A DNA stretch of 64,000 bases from Candidatus Eiseniibacteriota bacterium (GTDB lineage Bacteria; Eisenbacteria; RBG-16-71-46): contig CAVSAC010000019.1 of the NCBI GenBank assembly GCA_963725865.1, positions 64,001-128,000 of the forward strand. The letters are read 5' to 3'. The notes beneath the pieces were generated by a model, which saw only the letters and a program-made list of their open reading frames with translations, did no database searches and had not been told where the DNA came from. The translations under genes and the position numbers were made by a program. Of this stretch, positions 32,948 through 45,807 are shown one piece after another (positions within the stretch are counted from its first letter, which is position 1; each line of letters starts with the position of its first letter).

Positions 32948-34237
32948 TCACAGCATCTCCCCGGGGGCGCCACCGAAGGACTCCATGGCTTCGCCGACGG
33001 CGAACAGCGAGCCGGTGAGCAGCACCGGGCCATCCGGGGTGGCGGCGAGGGCGGCGCGGCAGGCGGCTGGGACGTCGGCCTGGGGCTCGGCGTCCCAGCC
33101 CTGCTCGCGGGCGGCGGCGAGCAGGGCGGCGGTGGGCAGCGCGCGCTCGTTGCGGGTGCGCGTGGGGAACAGACGCGCGCCGGGTGCGAAGGCCTGCAGC
33201 ACCTCGAGCATGCGGTCGGCGGGCTTGTCGCGCGAGAGCGCGAGCACCAGCGCGCGCGGTGCCGGCAGCGCGGCCGCCTCCCATGCCCGCCGCAGCGCGG
33301 CGAGGCCGTCGGGGTTGTGCGCGCCGTCCCACCACAGCCGCGGCTGCGTCGGGCAGCGCTCGAAGCGCCCGGGCCAGCGGGCCGCGGCGCAGCCGGCCTC
33401 GACCGCCGCGCGCGGGAGGTTCACGCCGCGCTCCGCCAGCACGTCGAGCGCCGCCAGCGCGGGCTCGAGGTTCAGCGCGAGCAGCGGACCGAGCCCCGCC
33501 GTGGCGATGCGCACCTCGTCCCAGGCGCGGGTGTCGAACACGAGCGCGCCGGGGCTCGCGTCCGGGCGGCGGCGCACGCGCGCCGCCACGGCGATCCGCT
33601 CCGCGCCCACGCGGCTCGCGGCCGCGGCGATCACGTCCTGCGCGCGTGCGTCGCCGGCATCCTCGACCACCGGCACGCCGGGCTTGACGATCCCGGCCTT
33701 CTCGCCCGCGATCGCCTCGAGCGTGTCCCCGAGCACCTCGGTGTGATCGAGGCCGATGCGCGTGATCACGCTCACGTCCGGCGTGATCACGTTGGTGGTG
33801 TCGAGGCGCCCGCCGAGGCCGACCTCGATCACGGCCCACTCGACGCCCTGCTCGGCGAACCACGCGAAGCCGAGCGCGGTGGCGACCTCGAAGAACGTGC
33901 GGTCGCGGCCCGCCGGCAGCGACTCGATGCGACGCAGGGTGCGCTCCAGCCACGCCTCGTCCGCCCAGCGGCCGCTCACGCGGATGCGCTCGCGGAAGTC
34001 CACCAGGTGCGGCGACGTGAACAGCCCGGTGCGATGTCCGGCCGCGCGCAGCACTCGTTCGACGAGCGTGCACACCGAACCCTTGCCGTTGGTGCCGGCG
34101 ACGTGCACGGCGTGGAAGCGGTGGTGGGGATCGCCGAGCGCCGCGAGCAGCTCCCGCGTGCCGTCGAGTCCGAGCTTGTCCCTGCGGCGCTCGAGCCCAT
34201 ACAGCGCCTCGAGCGCCTGCTGGAGCGACACGGTCAC
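32948..34237 (-). CDS. folC: Folylpolyglutamate synthase/dihydrofolate synthase
   Basis: 'HVAGTNGKGS', 'FTSPHL..FRERI', 'EVGLGGRLDTTN', 'WPGRFE', 'DGAHNP', 'TGSLF'. Confidence 0.95.
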   Translation of the reverse strand: MTVSLQQALEALYGLERRRDKLGLDGTRELLAALGDPHHRFHAVHVAGTNGKGSVCTLVERVLRAAGHRTGLFTSPHLVDFRERIRVSGRWADEAWLERTLRRIESLPAGRDRTFFEVATALGFAWFAEQGVEWAVIEVGLGGRLDTTNVITPDVSVITRIGLDHTEVLGDTLEAIAGEKAGIVKPGVPVVEDAGDARAQDVIAAAASRVGAERIAVAARVRRRPDASPGALVFDTRAWDEVRIATAGLGPLLALNLEPALAALDVLAERGVNLPRAAVEAGCAAARWPGRFERCPTQPRLWWDGAHNPDGLAALRRAWEAAALPAPRALVLALSRDKPADRMLEVLQAFAPGARLFPTRTRNERALPTAALLAAAREQGWDAEPQADVPAACRAALAATPDGPVLLTGSLFAVGEAMESFGGAPGEML

Positions 34238-34238
34238 C

Positions 34239-35177
34239 TCACCGACCTTGTAGTGCGGCCGTCGCGGGGAGCTCGGACCAGGATGCGTGCGGGGAGGGCT
34301 TGCCCTCCGCCGCGAAACCTCGGGTGGAACGCCAGAAGAACTCCAGGATGTGCCCGACCTCCTCGCGCATGCGCTTGCGATGCACGATGCGGTCGACGAA
34401 GCCCTTCTCGAGCACGAACTCCGAGCGCTGGAAGCCCGCCGGCAGGTCCTCGCCGATGGTCTGGCGGATGACGCGCGCGCCGGCGAATCCGACCAGCGCC
34501 TTCGGCTCGGCGATGATGACGTCGCCGAGCGAGGCGTAGGAGGCCAGCACGCCGGCCGTGGAGGGATCGGTCAGCAGCGACAGGAACGGCAGCCGCTCGT
34601 CCTGCAGGCGCGCCAGCAGCGCGCTGGTCTTGGCCATCTGCATGAGCGAGAGGATGCCCTCCTGCATGCGTGCGCCGCCGGTCGCCGAGACCAGGATCAG
34701 CGCGCGCCGCTCCGCCAGCGCGGACTCGATCGAGCGGGCCACCTTCTCGCCCACCACCGAGCCCATGCTGCCGCCCATGAAGAAGAAGTCCATCACGGTC
34801 GCCGCGACCGGCTTGCCCATCACCGTGGCGACGCCCGAGAGCGCGGCGTCCTTCATGCCGGTATCGTGCTGGGCGGCCTTGAGGCGGTCCGGGTAGCGCA
34901 TCTTCGCGTCGCGGAACTCGAGCGGGTCGCCCGCCTCGAGCGACTCGAAGCGCTCCTCGAACGAGTCGGGATCGAACAGGTAGCCGGCGTAGTCACGCGC
35001 CGGCACCCGGAAATGATGCTCGCAGTTCGGGCAGGTCCAGAGGTTCTCCTCGAGCACCGACTGGAACAGCGCCTCGCCGCAGCCATCACACTTGGTCCAC
35101 AGTCCTTCGGGGACCTCGGCGCGCTCGTCGCGCGACGTGGACTGGATGCCCTTGCGCTCCCGCTTGAGCCACGACAT
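34239..35177 (-). CDS. accD: Acetyl-CoA carboxylase carboxyltransferase beta subunit
   Basis: 'PEGLWTKC..C...C..C', 'FMGGSMGSVVGEK', 'GGARMQEG..SLMQMAKT', 'GFAG.RVI'. Confidence 0.95.
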   Translation of the reverse strand: MSWLKRERKGIQSTSRDERAEVPEGLWTKCDGCGEALFQSVLEENLWTCPNCEHHFRVPARDYAGYLFDPDSFEERFESLEAGDPLEFRDAKMRYPDRLKAAQHDTGMKDAALSGVATVMGKPVAATVMDFFFMGGSMGSVVGEKVARSIESALAERRALILVSATGGARMQEGILSLMQMAKTSALLARLQDERLPFLSLLTDPSTAGVLASYASLGDVIIAEPKALVGFAGARVIRQTIGEDLPAGFQRSEFVLEKGFVDRIVHRKRMREEVGHILEFFWRSTRGFAAEGKPSPHASWSELPATAALQGR

Positions 35178-35206
35178 GTCGTTGGGCGTTCTCCGGGTCT
35201 CGACGA

Positions 35207-36430
35207 TCAGCTCGACGGCTGGGGACGCCACTCCATCACGAGTGCATCCTCGCCGTTGTCACGATAATACCCGCGTCGCAACGCCGCCAACCGGAATCCA
35301 TGCGACCGGTACAGCGCCTGCGCCGCGGCGTTGGTGGCGCGCACCTCGAGCGCCAGCCGCGAATCGCCGGCCGCCCGGGCGGCATCCATCACGTCCTCCA
35401 GGAGCCGGCGCGCGAGCCCGCGGCGCCGCGCGGCCGGCACCACCGCCACGTTGTCGAGGTGCCCGTCGCCGGCTCCCACCCAGGCGATGCTGTAGCCCAG
35501 GATGCCGCCGAACGGCGCGTCGGGCGCCGGCGGGTCCGCCGCGACGATGCGCGCGTGGGCGAGCGGGTGCCCGAGCGCGCTGCGGAAGAACGACTCGGGC
35601 CAGGGATCCGAGAAGACCTCCAGCTCGATCGCGGCGACGGCCGGGATGTCGGCGGGCGCGAACGGTCGCAGCGTCACCTTCTCGGCCGCCAGCGCCCGGC
35701 GCCGCACGCGTTCCTCGGCCTGCGCCGGACGCACGTAGAGCGGCCGCGGATGCTCGTCCGCGCGCGGCCCGCCCATGAGCATCAATCGCGGGCTCTGCAC
35801 CACCGTCGCCAGGTCGAGCGCGGAGAGTCCCTCGAAGCGCCACGCGGGCTCGGTGCTCCCGGGATGCGCCTGCTCGAGCACCGCGCGCTCGCGCGCCGCG
35901 CCCGGCCCTACGAACCGCACGCTCGCGCGATCGAGCAGGCCCTGGGCCTCCGCGACCGCGGTGAGGATCTCGGCGGGCGGGCCGACTCGCGGCGCCGCCA
36001 GCTGCGTGACCTGCCCGCGCGGGTCGCAGCGGTAGAACCCAGCGTAGACGTCGCGGCGCCCGGCGGTCACCAGCGGAACCAGCAGCATCCGGCGGGCGCG
36101 CGCGGACGCGTCGGCCCCCGCGCCGAACGCGAGTGCCGCCAGCGACGGGGCGCCCAGCAATCGCGCGCCCGCCGCGAGCGCGATCGCTTCGGCGCTCGCC
36201 AGCCCGACGCGCACGCCGGTGAAGGAGCCCGGCCCGAGATCCGCGGCGACCCATTCCAGCCGCGCCGGGCTGCAGCCGGCGCCCGCGAGCGCACGCTCCA
36301 TCAGGGGCGCCAGCCGGCGCGTGTGACCGTAGGCGACGTCCTCGCGCTCGTGGGCGAGCGGCGCGCCCGCGTCGTCGCACACCAGCACCTCGACGTGATC
36401 GGTCGCCGCCTCGATCGCGAGCCCGCTCAT
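35207..36430 (-). CDS. tsaB: TsaB (t6A) - RimI (GNAT acetyltransferase) fusion
   Basis: N-terminal '[11 protein letters not shown]', 'P.YVRP.QAE'; continuous frame into 'IE..VFSDPW', 'NVAV.P..RRRG', '[12 protein letters not shown]', 'YY.DNGEDA.VM'. Confidence 0.88.
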   Translation of the reverse strand: MSGLAIEAATDHVEVLVCDDAGAPLAHEREDVAYGHTRRLAPLMERALAGAGCSPARLEWVAADLGPGSFTGVRVGLASAEAIALAAGARLLGAPSLAALAFGAGADASARARRMLLVPLVTAGRRDVYAGFYRCDPRGQVTQLAAPRVGPPAEILTAVAEAQGLLDRASVRFVGPGAARERAVLEQAHPGSTEPAWRFEGLSALDLATVVQSPRLMLMGGPRADEHPRPLYVRPAQAEERVRRRALAAEKVTLRPFAPADIPAVAAIELEVFSDPWPESFFRSALGHPLAHARIVAADPPAPDAPFGGILGYSIAWVGAGDGHLDNVAVVPAARRRGLARRLLEDVMDAARAAGDSRLALEVRATNAAAQALYRSHGFRLAALRRGYYRDNGEDALVMEWRPQPSS

Positions 36431-36930
36431 GGAGCCGCCGGCGCGGGCAGCGCGATCCACGCCGCCTGCAGCTCGAGGCCCCGCCCCGCGCTCGCCGAGG
36501 CGCGCAGGATGCGCTGGTCGCCGGGGCCGGGCTCGAACACGATGCACAGCGCCTCGCGCAGGAACGCCGACGGCAGCTTCTCGCCCCATTCCACCACCAG
36601 CGCGCCGCGCTCGACGTACTCCTCGAGGCCGAGCGCGTCGGCGTCCATGCGCTCGATGCGGTAGAGGTCGAGATGGAACAGCGACAGCCCGCCGTGGTAC
36701 TCGTTCACCAGCGTGAACGACGGACTGCGCACGCGCGAGCCGGGATTGAGGCCGCGCGCCAGCCCCGCCACGAACCGCGTCTTGCCGGCGCCCAGCGGGC
36801 CCGTCAGCGCCAGCACGTCGCCGGTGCGCAGCGCCCGCGCCAGGGCCTCGCCGAGCGCCTCGGTGGCCTCGGTGGACGCGCTCGCGCGCGGCGGCGCCTC
36901 GCGGGCCGCGGGCTCCCGCGCGTCGCTCAT
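36427..36930 (-). CDS. tsaE: tRNA t6A biosynthesis ATPase
   Basis: '[11 protein letters not shown]', '[10 protein letters not shown]', 'HLDLYR', 'VEW'. Confidence 0.93.
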   Translation of the reverse strand: MSDAREPAAREAPPRASASTEATEALGEALARALRTGDVLALTGPLGAGKTRFVAGLARGLNPGSRVRSPSFTLVNEYHGGLSLFHLDLYRIERMDADALGLEEYVERGALVVEWGEKLPSAFLREALCIVFEPGPGDQRILRASASAGRGLELQAAWIALPAPAAP

Positions 36931-38496
36931 GCGCGCGGGCGCAGGGTGACGAGCGGCAGGATCATCTCCTCGACCGAGATGCCGCCGTGCTGCAGGGAAT
37001 TGCGGTACTGGCGCTCGTATTCGTGGAAGCGGGTCGGGTAGACGAAGTAGTAGTCCTCGCGCGCGAGCACGTAGTTCTTGTTCACGCCGCCCTCCGGCAG
37101 CATCCAGTCCGTGGGCCGCTTCACGGTCACCGCGGTCTTGGCGTCGGCGTTGAGGTTGACGCCGAACTTGTAGCGCAGGTTGGTCGAGGTGTCGCGGTTG
37201 CCGTAGACCAGTGCCGCGCGGCGCCCGAGCACCGCGCCGTGATCGGTGGTCAGTACCACGGTCGCGTCCTGGCTGGCGAGGGCGCGGAAGATCTCGTAGA
37301 GCGGACTGTGGACGAACCACGCCTTCATCACCGCGCGGAACGCCGCCTCGTCGGGGGCCAGCTCCTGCAGGATCTCGCTCTCGGATCGCCCGTGCGCGAG
37401 GATGTCGAGGAAGTTGAACACCATGCTCGTGAGGGGCACGCCCGCGAACGAGTTGATCTGACGCCGGGTGTTGATGGCCTCGTCCTGGTCGTAGATCTTG
37501 AGGTACTTCGGCGCGGTCGCCGGCGTGAACTTGAGGCGCTCGAGCTGATGGTCGAGCAGCTGGCGCTCGAAGCGGTTCTTGGTGCGCTCGTCCTTGGTGT
37601 CCTCCTGCCACAGATCGGGGTGCTTCTGCTGCAACTGCGCGGGCAGCAGACCCGAGAAGATCGCGTTGCGCGAGTACGGCGTCGCGGTCGGCAGGATCGA
37701 GCAGTAGTACTCGCGCTGGACCTCGAACAGCTCCTCGAGCAGCGGCTCGAGCGTGAACCACTGATCGAGCCGCATGCAGTCGATGATCACGAACACCACG
37801 CGCCGTCCCGCCTTCAGGTGCGGCAGGATGGCGTGGCTCACCACGTCGGTCGAGAGCAGCGGGCGCTCCGCGGCGCCGTGCACCCAGCCCGGGTAGCGGT
37901 CCTCGATGAAGCGTCCGAAGTCGATGTTGAGGCCGCGGCGGAAGTCCGCGTGCGCCTGCTTGAGTCCCTCCTCCTGCACCGTGTCGAAGCGCACGTCCCA
38001 GCGCGCCACGTCCACCGCGATGTCGATCCAGCCCTGCCAGTCGAGCGAGCGCAGGTCCATGGTCTGCCAGCGCTGCATCTCGGCGACGTAGTCTCTCGCG
38101 CGCTGCGAGTCCTGCAGCCGCTGGGACTCGAACACGCGCTTGCAGGCGAGGAATACCTGCGAGGGGTTGACCGGCTTGATCAGGTAGTCGGTGATGTGGC
38201 GCCCGATCGCCTCGTTCATGAGCGTCTCCTCCTCGCTCTTGGTGATCAGGATCACCGGCAGCGAGACGTCGCGCTCCTTGAGGGCATTGAGGGTCTCGAG
38301 ACCGCCCGAGGCCCGGCATCATCTCGTCGAGCAGCACCACGTCGAAGCGGCCCTTCGCGAGCGCTTCGAGGGCGTCCGTGCCGCTCGGCACCGCGGTCAC
38401 GGCGAACCCCTTCTGCTCGAGGAAGCGGATGTGCGGGCGCAGCAGGTCGATCTCGTCGTCGGCCCAGAGGATGTGGCGTCGGGTGTCGTCGGTCAT
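36927..38496 (-). CDS. porX: PorX-like response regulator with PglZ/alkaline-phosphatase domain; single-base frameshift at ~38305
   Basis: '[11 protein letters not shown]', 'LLDEMMPG', 'ITKSEEE..M.EAIG', 'IDCMRLDQW', '[16 protein letters not shown]', 'TTDHG', 'QHGGIS.EEM'; removing one G from CTCGGGC restores 'GLGGLETL'. Confidence 0.85.
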
Positions 38497-38695
38497 GGTC
38501 GTCCGAGGTCGGGAGGAACGCGCCGCGCGGCGCGGCAGGCGATGGATCGCGGGGAGCGGTTCGCACACGCATGATAGCGTGTGCCCGCTGGCGGTGCACA
38601 CCTGGGCGCCCCCGGCCCGCCGTCCCGCGCCGCGCCCGCGCGGGTCCGGCCGCGCGCGTGCGTCCCCGCCGCGCCCCACGCGCTCACCAAAAGCG

Positions 38696-38725
38696 TTGAC
38701 GCATCACGTTCACGCCGCCTACGGT
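38696..38725 (+). promoter_or_regulatory. Sigma70-like promoter of the M28 peptidase gene
   Basis: TTGACG-N18-TACGGT. Confidence 0.5.
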
Positions 38726-38767
38726 CGGGTCCTCCCCGTCGAACCCCTCGAAGTGAAAGGTGGTTCC

Positions 38768-40429
38768 ATGCGAACGCAGGTGCGGTCCTGGGGCGTGGCG
38801 CTGGGCGCCGTGCTGATGGCGTCGCTGGCGGCCGGACCGCCGCCCGAGCCGCCGACCGCACGCGCGCTCGCCGCGCTGAGCGCCGACCGGCTGCGAGCCC
38901 ACGTCACCGCGCTCGCGGACGATGCGATGGAGGGGCGCGGCACCGGGACCGCGGGCTACGACCGGGCCGCCGCGTACGTCGCCGCGCAGATGCGCGCCAT
39001 CGGCCTCGCGCCGGGCGTGGGCGGGCGCTCGTACTTCCAGCCGGTGCCACTCGCGCGCGGCGACGTGCGCGAGGAGGACTGCCGGCTCGTGGTGTCCTAC
39101 GACGACGTGCGCGCCGGCTCCGAGCTGGTCGAGCGCCCGCTGCGCTACGGCGAGGACTACCTGATGTCCGCCGACCTGCTGCGCGACAGCACCACGCTCG
39201 CCGCCCCCATGGTGTTCGTGGGCTACGGCGTGGTGGCGCCGGAGCTCGGCCACGACGACTACGCGGGCGTCGACGTGCACGGGCGCGTCGCGGTGGCGCT
39301 GGCCGGCGCGCCGGACTCGTTCCCCAGCGACCAGCGGGCCTACTACTCGTGGGGCCCCCTCAAGGAGCGCGAGGCGGCGGCCCACGGCGCGCGCGGCCTG
39401 GTGTCGGTGCGCACGCCGAGCGAGGAACGCCGCACGCCCTGGGATCGCGCCGTGCGGCAGTCGCTGCTGCCGGCGCTGCGCTGGACCGATCCCGCCGGCA
39501 TCCCGCACGACACGCACCCCGAGCTCGAGGTGGTGGGGACGCTCGCGCGCGGCGGCGCCGAGGCGGTCTTCGACCCGATGCCGTTCGACAGCGTGCTCGC
39601 GGGCAGCGGCGCGGCCGGGCTGCACAACACGCCGTTCCACGTGCTGCACGCCCGGCGCGTCACCGCGCGCTCGCGCGCCACGAGCCCCAACGTGGTGGGG
39701 GTGCTGCGCGGCTCCGATCGGCGCCTGCGCGATCAATGGGTCGTGGTGAGCGCCCACCTCGACCATCTCGGTATCTCGGCGCCGGTCCGCGGCGATTCGA
39801 TCAACAACGGCGCCTACGACAACGCCTCGGGGGTGGCGATCCTGCTCGAGGTCGCGCGCGCGCTCGCGAGCCAGCAGCCGCGGCCGCGCCGCTCGATCGC
39901 GTTCGTCGCGGTGACCGGCGAGGAGAAGGGCCTGCAGGGCTCCGACTTCTTCGCGCGCTTCCCGACCCTGCCGAAGGGAACGCTGGTGGCCGACGTGAAC
40001 CTCGACATGGTCCTGATGCTCGCTCCGCTGCGCGACGTGGTCGCGTTTGGCGCCGAGCACTCGAGCCTCGGCGGCGTGGTGCGGCGCGCGGCCGACCGGC
40101 TCGGGCTCGCGGTGAGCCCGGATCCGAACCCCGAGCAGGTGGTGTTCATCCGCAGCGACCAGTTCTCGTTCGTGCGCCGGGGGATCCCGGCCGTGTTCCC
40201 GGTCGGCGGACGGCCCGCGGACTCCACGGCGCTGGCGGAGCGCACGCGCTGGATGCACGAGGTCTATCACTCGCCGCAGGACGACCTGTCGCAGTCGTTC
40301 CGGTGGGACGAGGGCGTCACGTTCGCGAAGCTCGCGCTGCTCATGACGCTCGACATCGCCGACGCGGCCCAGCGCCCGACCTGGAACGCGGGCGACTTCT
40401 TCGGTGCGACGTTCGGGCGCAAGCGCTGA
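38768..40429 (+). CDS. M28 family metallopeptidase with PA domain, exported
   Basis: 'MEGRGTG', 'FVGYG', 'SAHLDHLG', 'NGAYDNASG', 'TGEEKGLQGS', 'NLDM', 'RSDQ', 'YHSPQD'. Confidence 0.92.
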   Translation: MRTQVRSWGVALGAVLMASLAAGPPPEPPTARALAALSADRLRAHVTALADDAMEGRGTGTAGYDRAAAYVAAQMRAIGLAPGVGGRSYFQPVPLARGDVREEDCRLVVSYDDVRAGSELVERPLRYGEDYLMSADLLRDSTTLAAPMVFVGYGVVAPELGHDDYAGVDVHGRVAVALAGAPDSFPSDQRAYYSWGPLKEREAAAHGARGLVSVRTPSEERRTPWDRAVRQSLLPALRWTDPAGIPHDTHPELEVVGTLARGGAEAVFDPMPFDSVLAGSGAAGLHNTPFHVLHARRVTARSRATSPNVVGVLRGSDRRLRDQWVVVSAHLDHLGISAPVRGDSINNGAYDNASGVAILLEVARALASQQPRPRRSIAFVAVTGEEKGLQGSDFFARFPTLPKGTLVADVNLDMVLMLAPLRDVVAFGAEHSSLGGVVRRAADRLGLAVSPDPNPEQVVFIRSDQFSFVRRGIPAVFPVGGRPADSTALAERTRWMHEVYHSPQDDLSQSFRWDEGVTFAKLALLMTLDIADAAQRPTWNAGDFFGATFGRKR

Positions 40430-40461
40430 GCGATGCCCGAGCCGCCGCGAGCGAGCGAGGC

Positions 40462-42270
40462 GTGAGTCAGCCGCGGGCCGCGCGCCCCCGCGAGCTCTGG
40501 TGGCTGACGGTGCCGATCGCCGCGGGGATCCTGCTCCTGGCGTGCCGGGGAGCGCCACTCGGCGAAGCGGTGGCGGATGACTTCGACTTCCTTCACGACG
40601 CCCTCTTCGAGCGGTTCTCCTTTTTCGACGGCGGCGGTTCGCAGGTGTTCTGGCGCCCGCTGGCTCAGCAGGTCTACTTCCGCTCCATCGGCCGACTGGC
40701 GCTGAGCCATCCAAGCGTGCTCGCCGGCATCCACCTCGTCCTGCTCATGGCCGCGGCGCTCGTGCTGTACCGGGCGGCCCGACGTTTCGTTCCCGCACCG
40801 GCAGCGGCGGCCGTCGCGACCTTTCCGCTGCTCGCGGAGCCCACTCGGAACCTGCTCGGCTGGGCGAGCCACTCCGCCGATCTCGGGCTGTTCCTCTTCA
40901 CCTCCCTGGCCTTGCACGAAGCGACTCGAAGGCGCCTCGTCACGACGCTGGCGGCCCTAGGTGCCGCGCTCCTGTGCAAGGAGTTCGCGGTGCTCGCCGC
41001 GTTGTCGGTGCCCTGGGTCGCGGCCCACGAAGCGCGCTCGCGCCGGGTCCCCCTGGTCTGGGGCATCGCAGTGGCGGCGCTCCTGGCGGTCTGGGCACTC
41101 GCGTACGGCATGGTCTGCACGCGCGCCGGACTCGCACCGACGCTCGGCATTCCCTCCGGCATCCGCGGCGCACCGGCGAGTGCGGCCAGCAACCTGTTCC
41201 ACGCGGGAGTCCTCGGCCTGCGATCGTCGTTCAGCCTCGGTGCCGTGGCCGGCCGGTGGGACCGCTGGGCCGCGGTGGCGGGCCTCCTGGTGGCGGCGGC
41301 CGCGGTCGGGATCGCGGCGAGGGACCGTGGTGCGCGCGCGCGGCTGCGCGAGCGACGGGCGGTGATCGCATGGGGCGCGGCGTGGTTCGTTCTCACGACG
41401 GCAGTGCTGGCGAGCGGGCTCCCGATCTGGCAGCCCTACCGGACGGTGTGGACGGCGCCGGGCCTCGCCGTCGCGATCATGATCCCGCTGTGGTCGATTC
41501 GGCCGTGGCTGGCCGTGGCGGTCGTGCTACTGCGGACGAGCCTGCTCCTGTTGGCTCCCGCGCTGCCCGATGCCGTCAGTCCGCAGCCGGAAGCAACCGG
41601 CGCATGGCTCGATTTCGGCAGGCTCGTCCGCCTGCAGCGGCTGATGATCGACACGCGGACGGCGCTCGAGACGCGCTACCCAACGCTGCCGCCACGATCG
41701 CGCGTCGGGCAGCACTTCTTTCCCCAGGCGAGCGTGTACGCGCTGTCCGGGGACAAGGCGGTACAGGTGTGGTACCGCGATCCGACCCTGCGGTGGACGC
41801 GCTTCGACGACGTCATGCGGGGAGCGTCGGCGAGCCTGGTCACGATCGCGGAGTACCAGCCGAGCGGGCGGCCGCAGGTCGCGCTGGTGCGCCCGGAGGC
41901 GATGGAGATGCGGCTCGCCGCGATGGACTCGCTGAAGGCCGGCGCGTGGGCGTCCGCGCTGCTGGCGTTCGAGCGTGCCGACCAGCTGCAGGACGACACA
42001 TCGGCGCGACTGTTCTTCGGCTCCACTGCATACGGAAGGGCGTACTGCGACGCGGCGCTCGGCCGGTATGCCGACGCGGAGGCCGAGGCGCGCCGCGCGC
42101 TGGCCACCGGACAGGTCGAGCGGAACGCCCGGTTCGTGCTCGCGCTGACGTTCGCGTCGGAGGGACGAACGGTCGACGCGCTCACCCAGCTGGACAGTCT
42201 GTTGGCCCGGACTCCGGGGGACGCCGATGCGCTCGATCTCCGCCGGCGGATCACCGCATCTCGCCCGTGA
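40462..42270 (+). CDS. Multi-pass membrane protein, GT-C-like glycosyltransferase with C-terminal TPR
   Basis: First loop 'ADDFDFL...FWRPL', many TM helices, 'LCKE' motif, TPR-like C-terminus. Confidence 0.55.
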   Translation: MSQPRAARPRELWWLTVPIAAGILLLACRGAPLGEAVADDFDFLHDALFERFSFFDGGGSQVFWRPLAQQVYFRSIGRLALSHPSVLAGIHLVLLMAAALVLYRAARRFVPAPAAAAVATFPLLAEPTRNLLGWASHSADLGLFLFTSLALHEATRRRLVTTLAALGAALLCKEFAVLAALSVPWVAAHEARSRRVPLVWGIAVAALLAVWALAYGMVCTRAGLAPTLGIPSGIRGAPASAASNLFHAGVLGLRSSFSLGAVAGRWDRWAAVAGLLVAAAAVGIAARDRGARARLRERRAVIAWGAAWFVLTTAVLASGLPIWQPYRTVWTAPGLAVAIMIPLWSIRPWLAVAVVLLRTSLLLLAPALPDAVSPQPEATGAWLDFGRLVRLQRLMIDTRTALETRYPTLPPRSRVGQHFFPQASVYALSGDKAVQVWYRDPTLRWTRFDDVMRGASASLVTIAEYQPSGRPQVALVRPEAMEMRLAAMDSLKAGAWASALLAFERADQLQDDTSARLFFGSTAYGRAYCDAALGRYADAEAEARRALATGQVERNARFVLALTFASEGRTVDALTQLDSLLARTPGDADALDLRRRITASRP

Positions 42271-42303
42271 TCCGGGTGATTGCGCCGTCGCTCGCCACGC
42301 CCG

Positions 42304-43593
42304 CTACGTCGGGAACGCGATGACGACCGTCGTGCCCTCGCCCGGGGCGCTGTGGCGGATGGTGAGCCGGCCGGCGTGGTACTCCTCGACCACCCGCCGC
42401 GCCAGCGCCAGCCCCAGTCCCCAGCCGCGGAGCTTGGTGGTGTAGCCGGGCTCGAACGCGCGCCGCTGCTCGGCCGGCGTCATGCCGCGGCCGTTGTCGC
42501 GGATCACGATCTCCACCGCCTCGGTCTGCTTGCGGCGCTCGACCGTCACCTCGATCACGCCGGGCGGCGTCTCGATCGCCGAGACCGCGTTGGAGATCAG
42601 GTTCTCGAGCGCCCATTCGAGCAGCTCGGCGTTCAGGTTCACCGGCGGCACGTCGTCGTAGCGTTCCCGCAGCTCGATCTCGCCAGCGCCCTGTGGCAGG
42701 CGCTTGCGCATGTAGAGCACCGCCTCGCCCACCACCGGCACCACGTCCTGCTGCTGCAGGCTCGGGGTCGAGCCGACGCGGCTGAAGCGCTGCGCCACCT
42801 TGTTGAGGCGCTCGACGTCGCGCTCCATCTCGCCCAGCGTCTCCTCGAGCTCCGGACGCGACAGCGTCACGCGGTCGTCGGGACCCGCACTCTCGGCGTT
42901 CGCGCGCAGCAGCTCGACCCATCCCATCAGCGACGACAGCGGAGTGCCGAGCTGGTGCGCGGTCTCCTTGGCCATCCCCACCCAGATGGTGCGCTTCTCC
43001 GCCTGGCGGATGCTCGAGAGTCCCAGCAGCCCGATGCCCAGCAGCAGCACCACACCCCCGAGCGAGACGTAGGGCATCCAGCGCAGGCGTTCGAGCATCG
43101 GGAACGGGCCGTAGTGCAGCTTGCCGAGCAGCACTCCGGTGGCCGGCTGCTTCATCTCGATCGGCGCGTTGTGGCGGTCGAGCTCGGCGGCCTGCGCGCG
43201 CACGCGCTCGATGCGGGCACGGATCGCCGGCGCCACCGGCATGCCCATGCTCAGGCTGTCGATCGATTCGGCTGGCACCTGGTCGCGCCCCACGCCGACC
43301 GCGCGCCACGCGCGCGGCGTGCCGCTCGTGTCGGTGATGACGATCGGGAAGTCGAGGCTCGCGACGAGGTCTCCGAACACCTTCTCGAGCACCGGGTCGC
43401 GGATCGCGGGGAACGACGCCTGGGCGCAGAACCGCGCGAGCACCCGCGAGGTGGCGGTGATCTCCTCCGAGAGCCGGCGCACGAACTGGTTCGTCCACAG
43501 GAACACCGCCGCGACGAGCACGATGCTCCCCACGATGAGCCCCGCCCGCAGGGCGGTGGTGCGCGAACCGCCGGTGCCGCGGAAGACGTTCAT
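42304..43593 (-). CDS. Membrane sensor histidine kinase
   Basis: Two TM segments; H-box 'WVGMAKETAHQLGTPLSSL'; N-box 'ENL.SNA'; 'DNGRG', 'GYTTK.RGWGLGL'. Confidence 0.92.
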   Translation of the reverse strand: MNVFRGTGGSRTTALRAGLIVGSIVLVAAVFLWTNQFVRRLSEEITATSRVLARFCAQASFPAIRDPVLEKVFGDLVASLDFPIVITDTSGTPRAWRAVGVGRDQVPAESIDSLSMGMPVAPAIRARIERVRAQAAELDRHNAPIEMKQPATGVLLGKLHYGPFPMLERLRWMPYVSLGGVVLLLGIGLLGLSSIRQAEKRTIWVGMAKETAHQLGTPLSSLMGWVELLRANAESAGPDDRVTLSRPELEETLGEMERDVERLNKVAQRFSRVGSTPSLQQQDVVPVVGEAVLYMRKRLPQGAGEIELRERYDDVPPVNLNAELLEWALENLISNAVSAIETPPGVIEVTVERRKQTEAVEIVIRDNGRGMTPAEQRRAFEPGYTTKLRGWGLGLALARRVVEEYHAGRLTIRHSAPGEGTTVVIAFPT

Positions 43594-43597
43594 GCGC

Positions 43598-45758
<2,161 letters not shown>

Positions 45759-45807
45759 GCTTGTCCTCCTCCGAGAGTCACAGCGGGTGCGGGCCCGATG
45801 AGCCCCG

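Noticed and set aside
36927..38496. PglZ domain as a BREX defence system
   Set aside because: It is fused to a receiver domain (PorX type) and no brxC/pglX genes are nearby
36427..38679. Apparent REC-TsaE fusion ORF
   Set aside because: Artefact of the porX frameshift; tsaE starts at 36930
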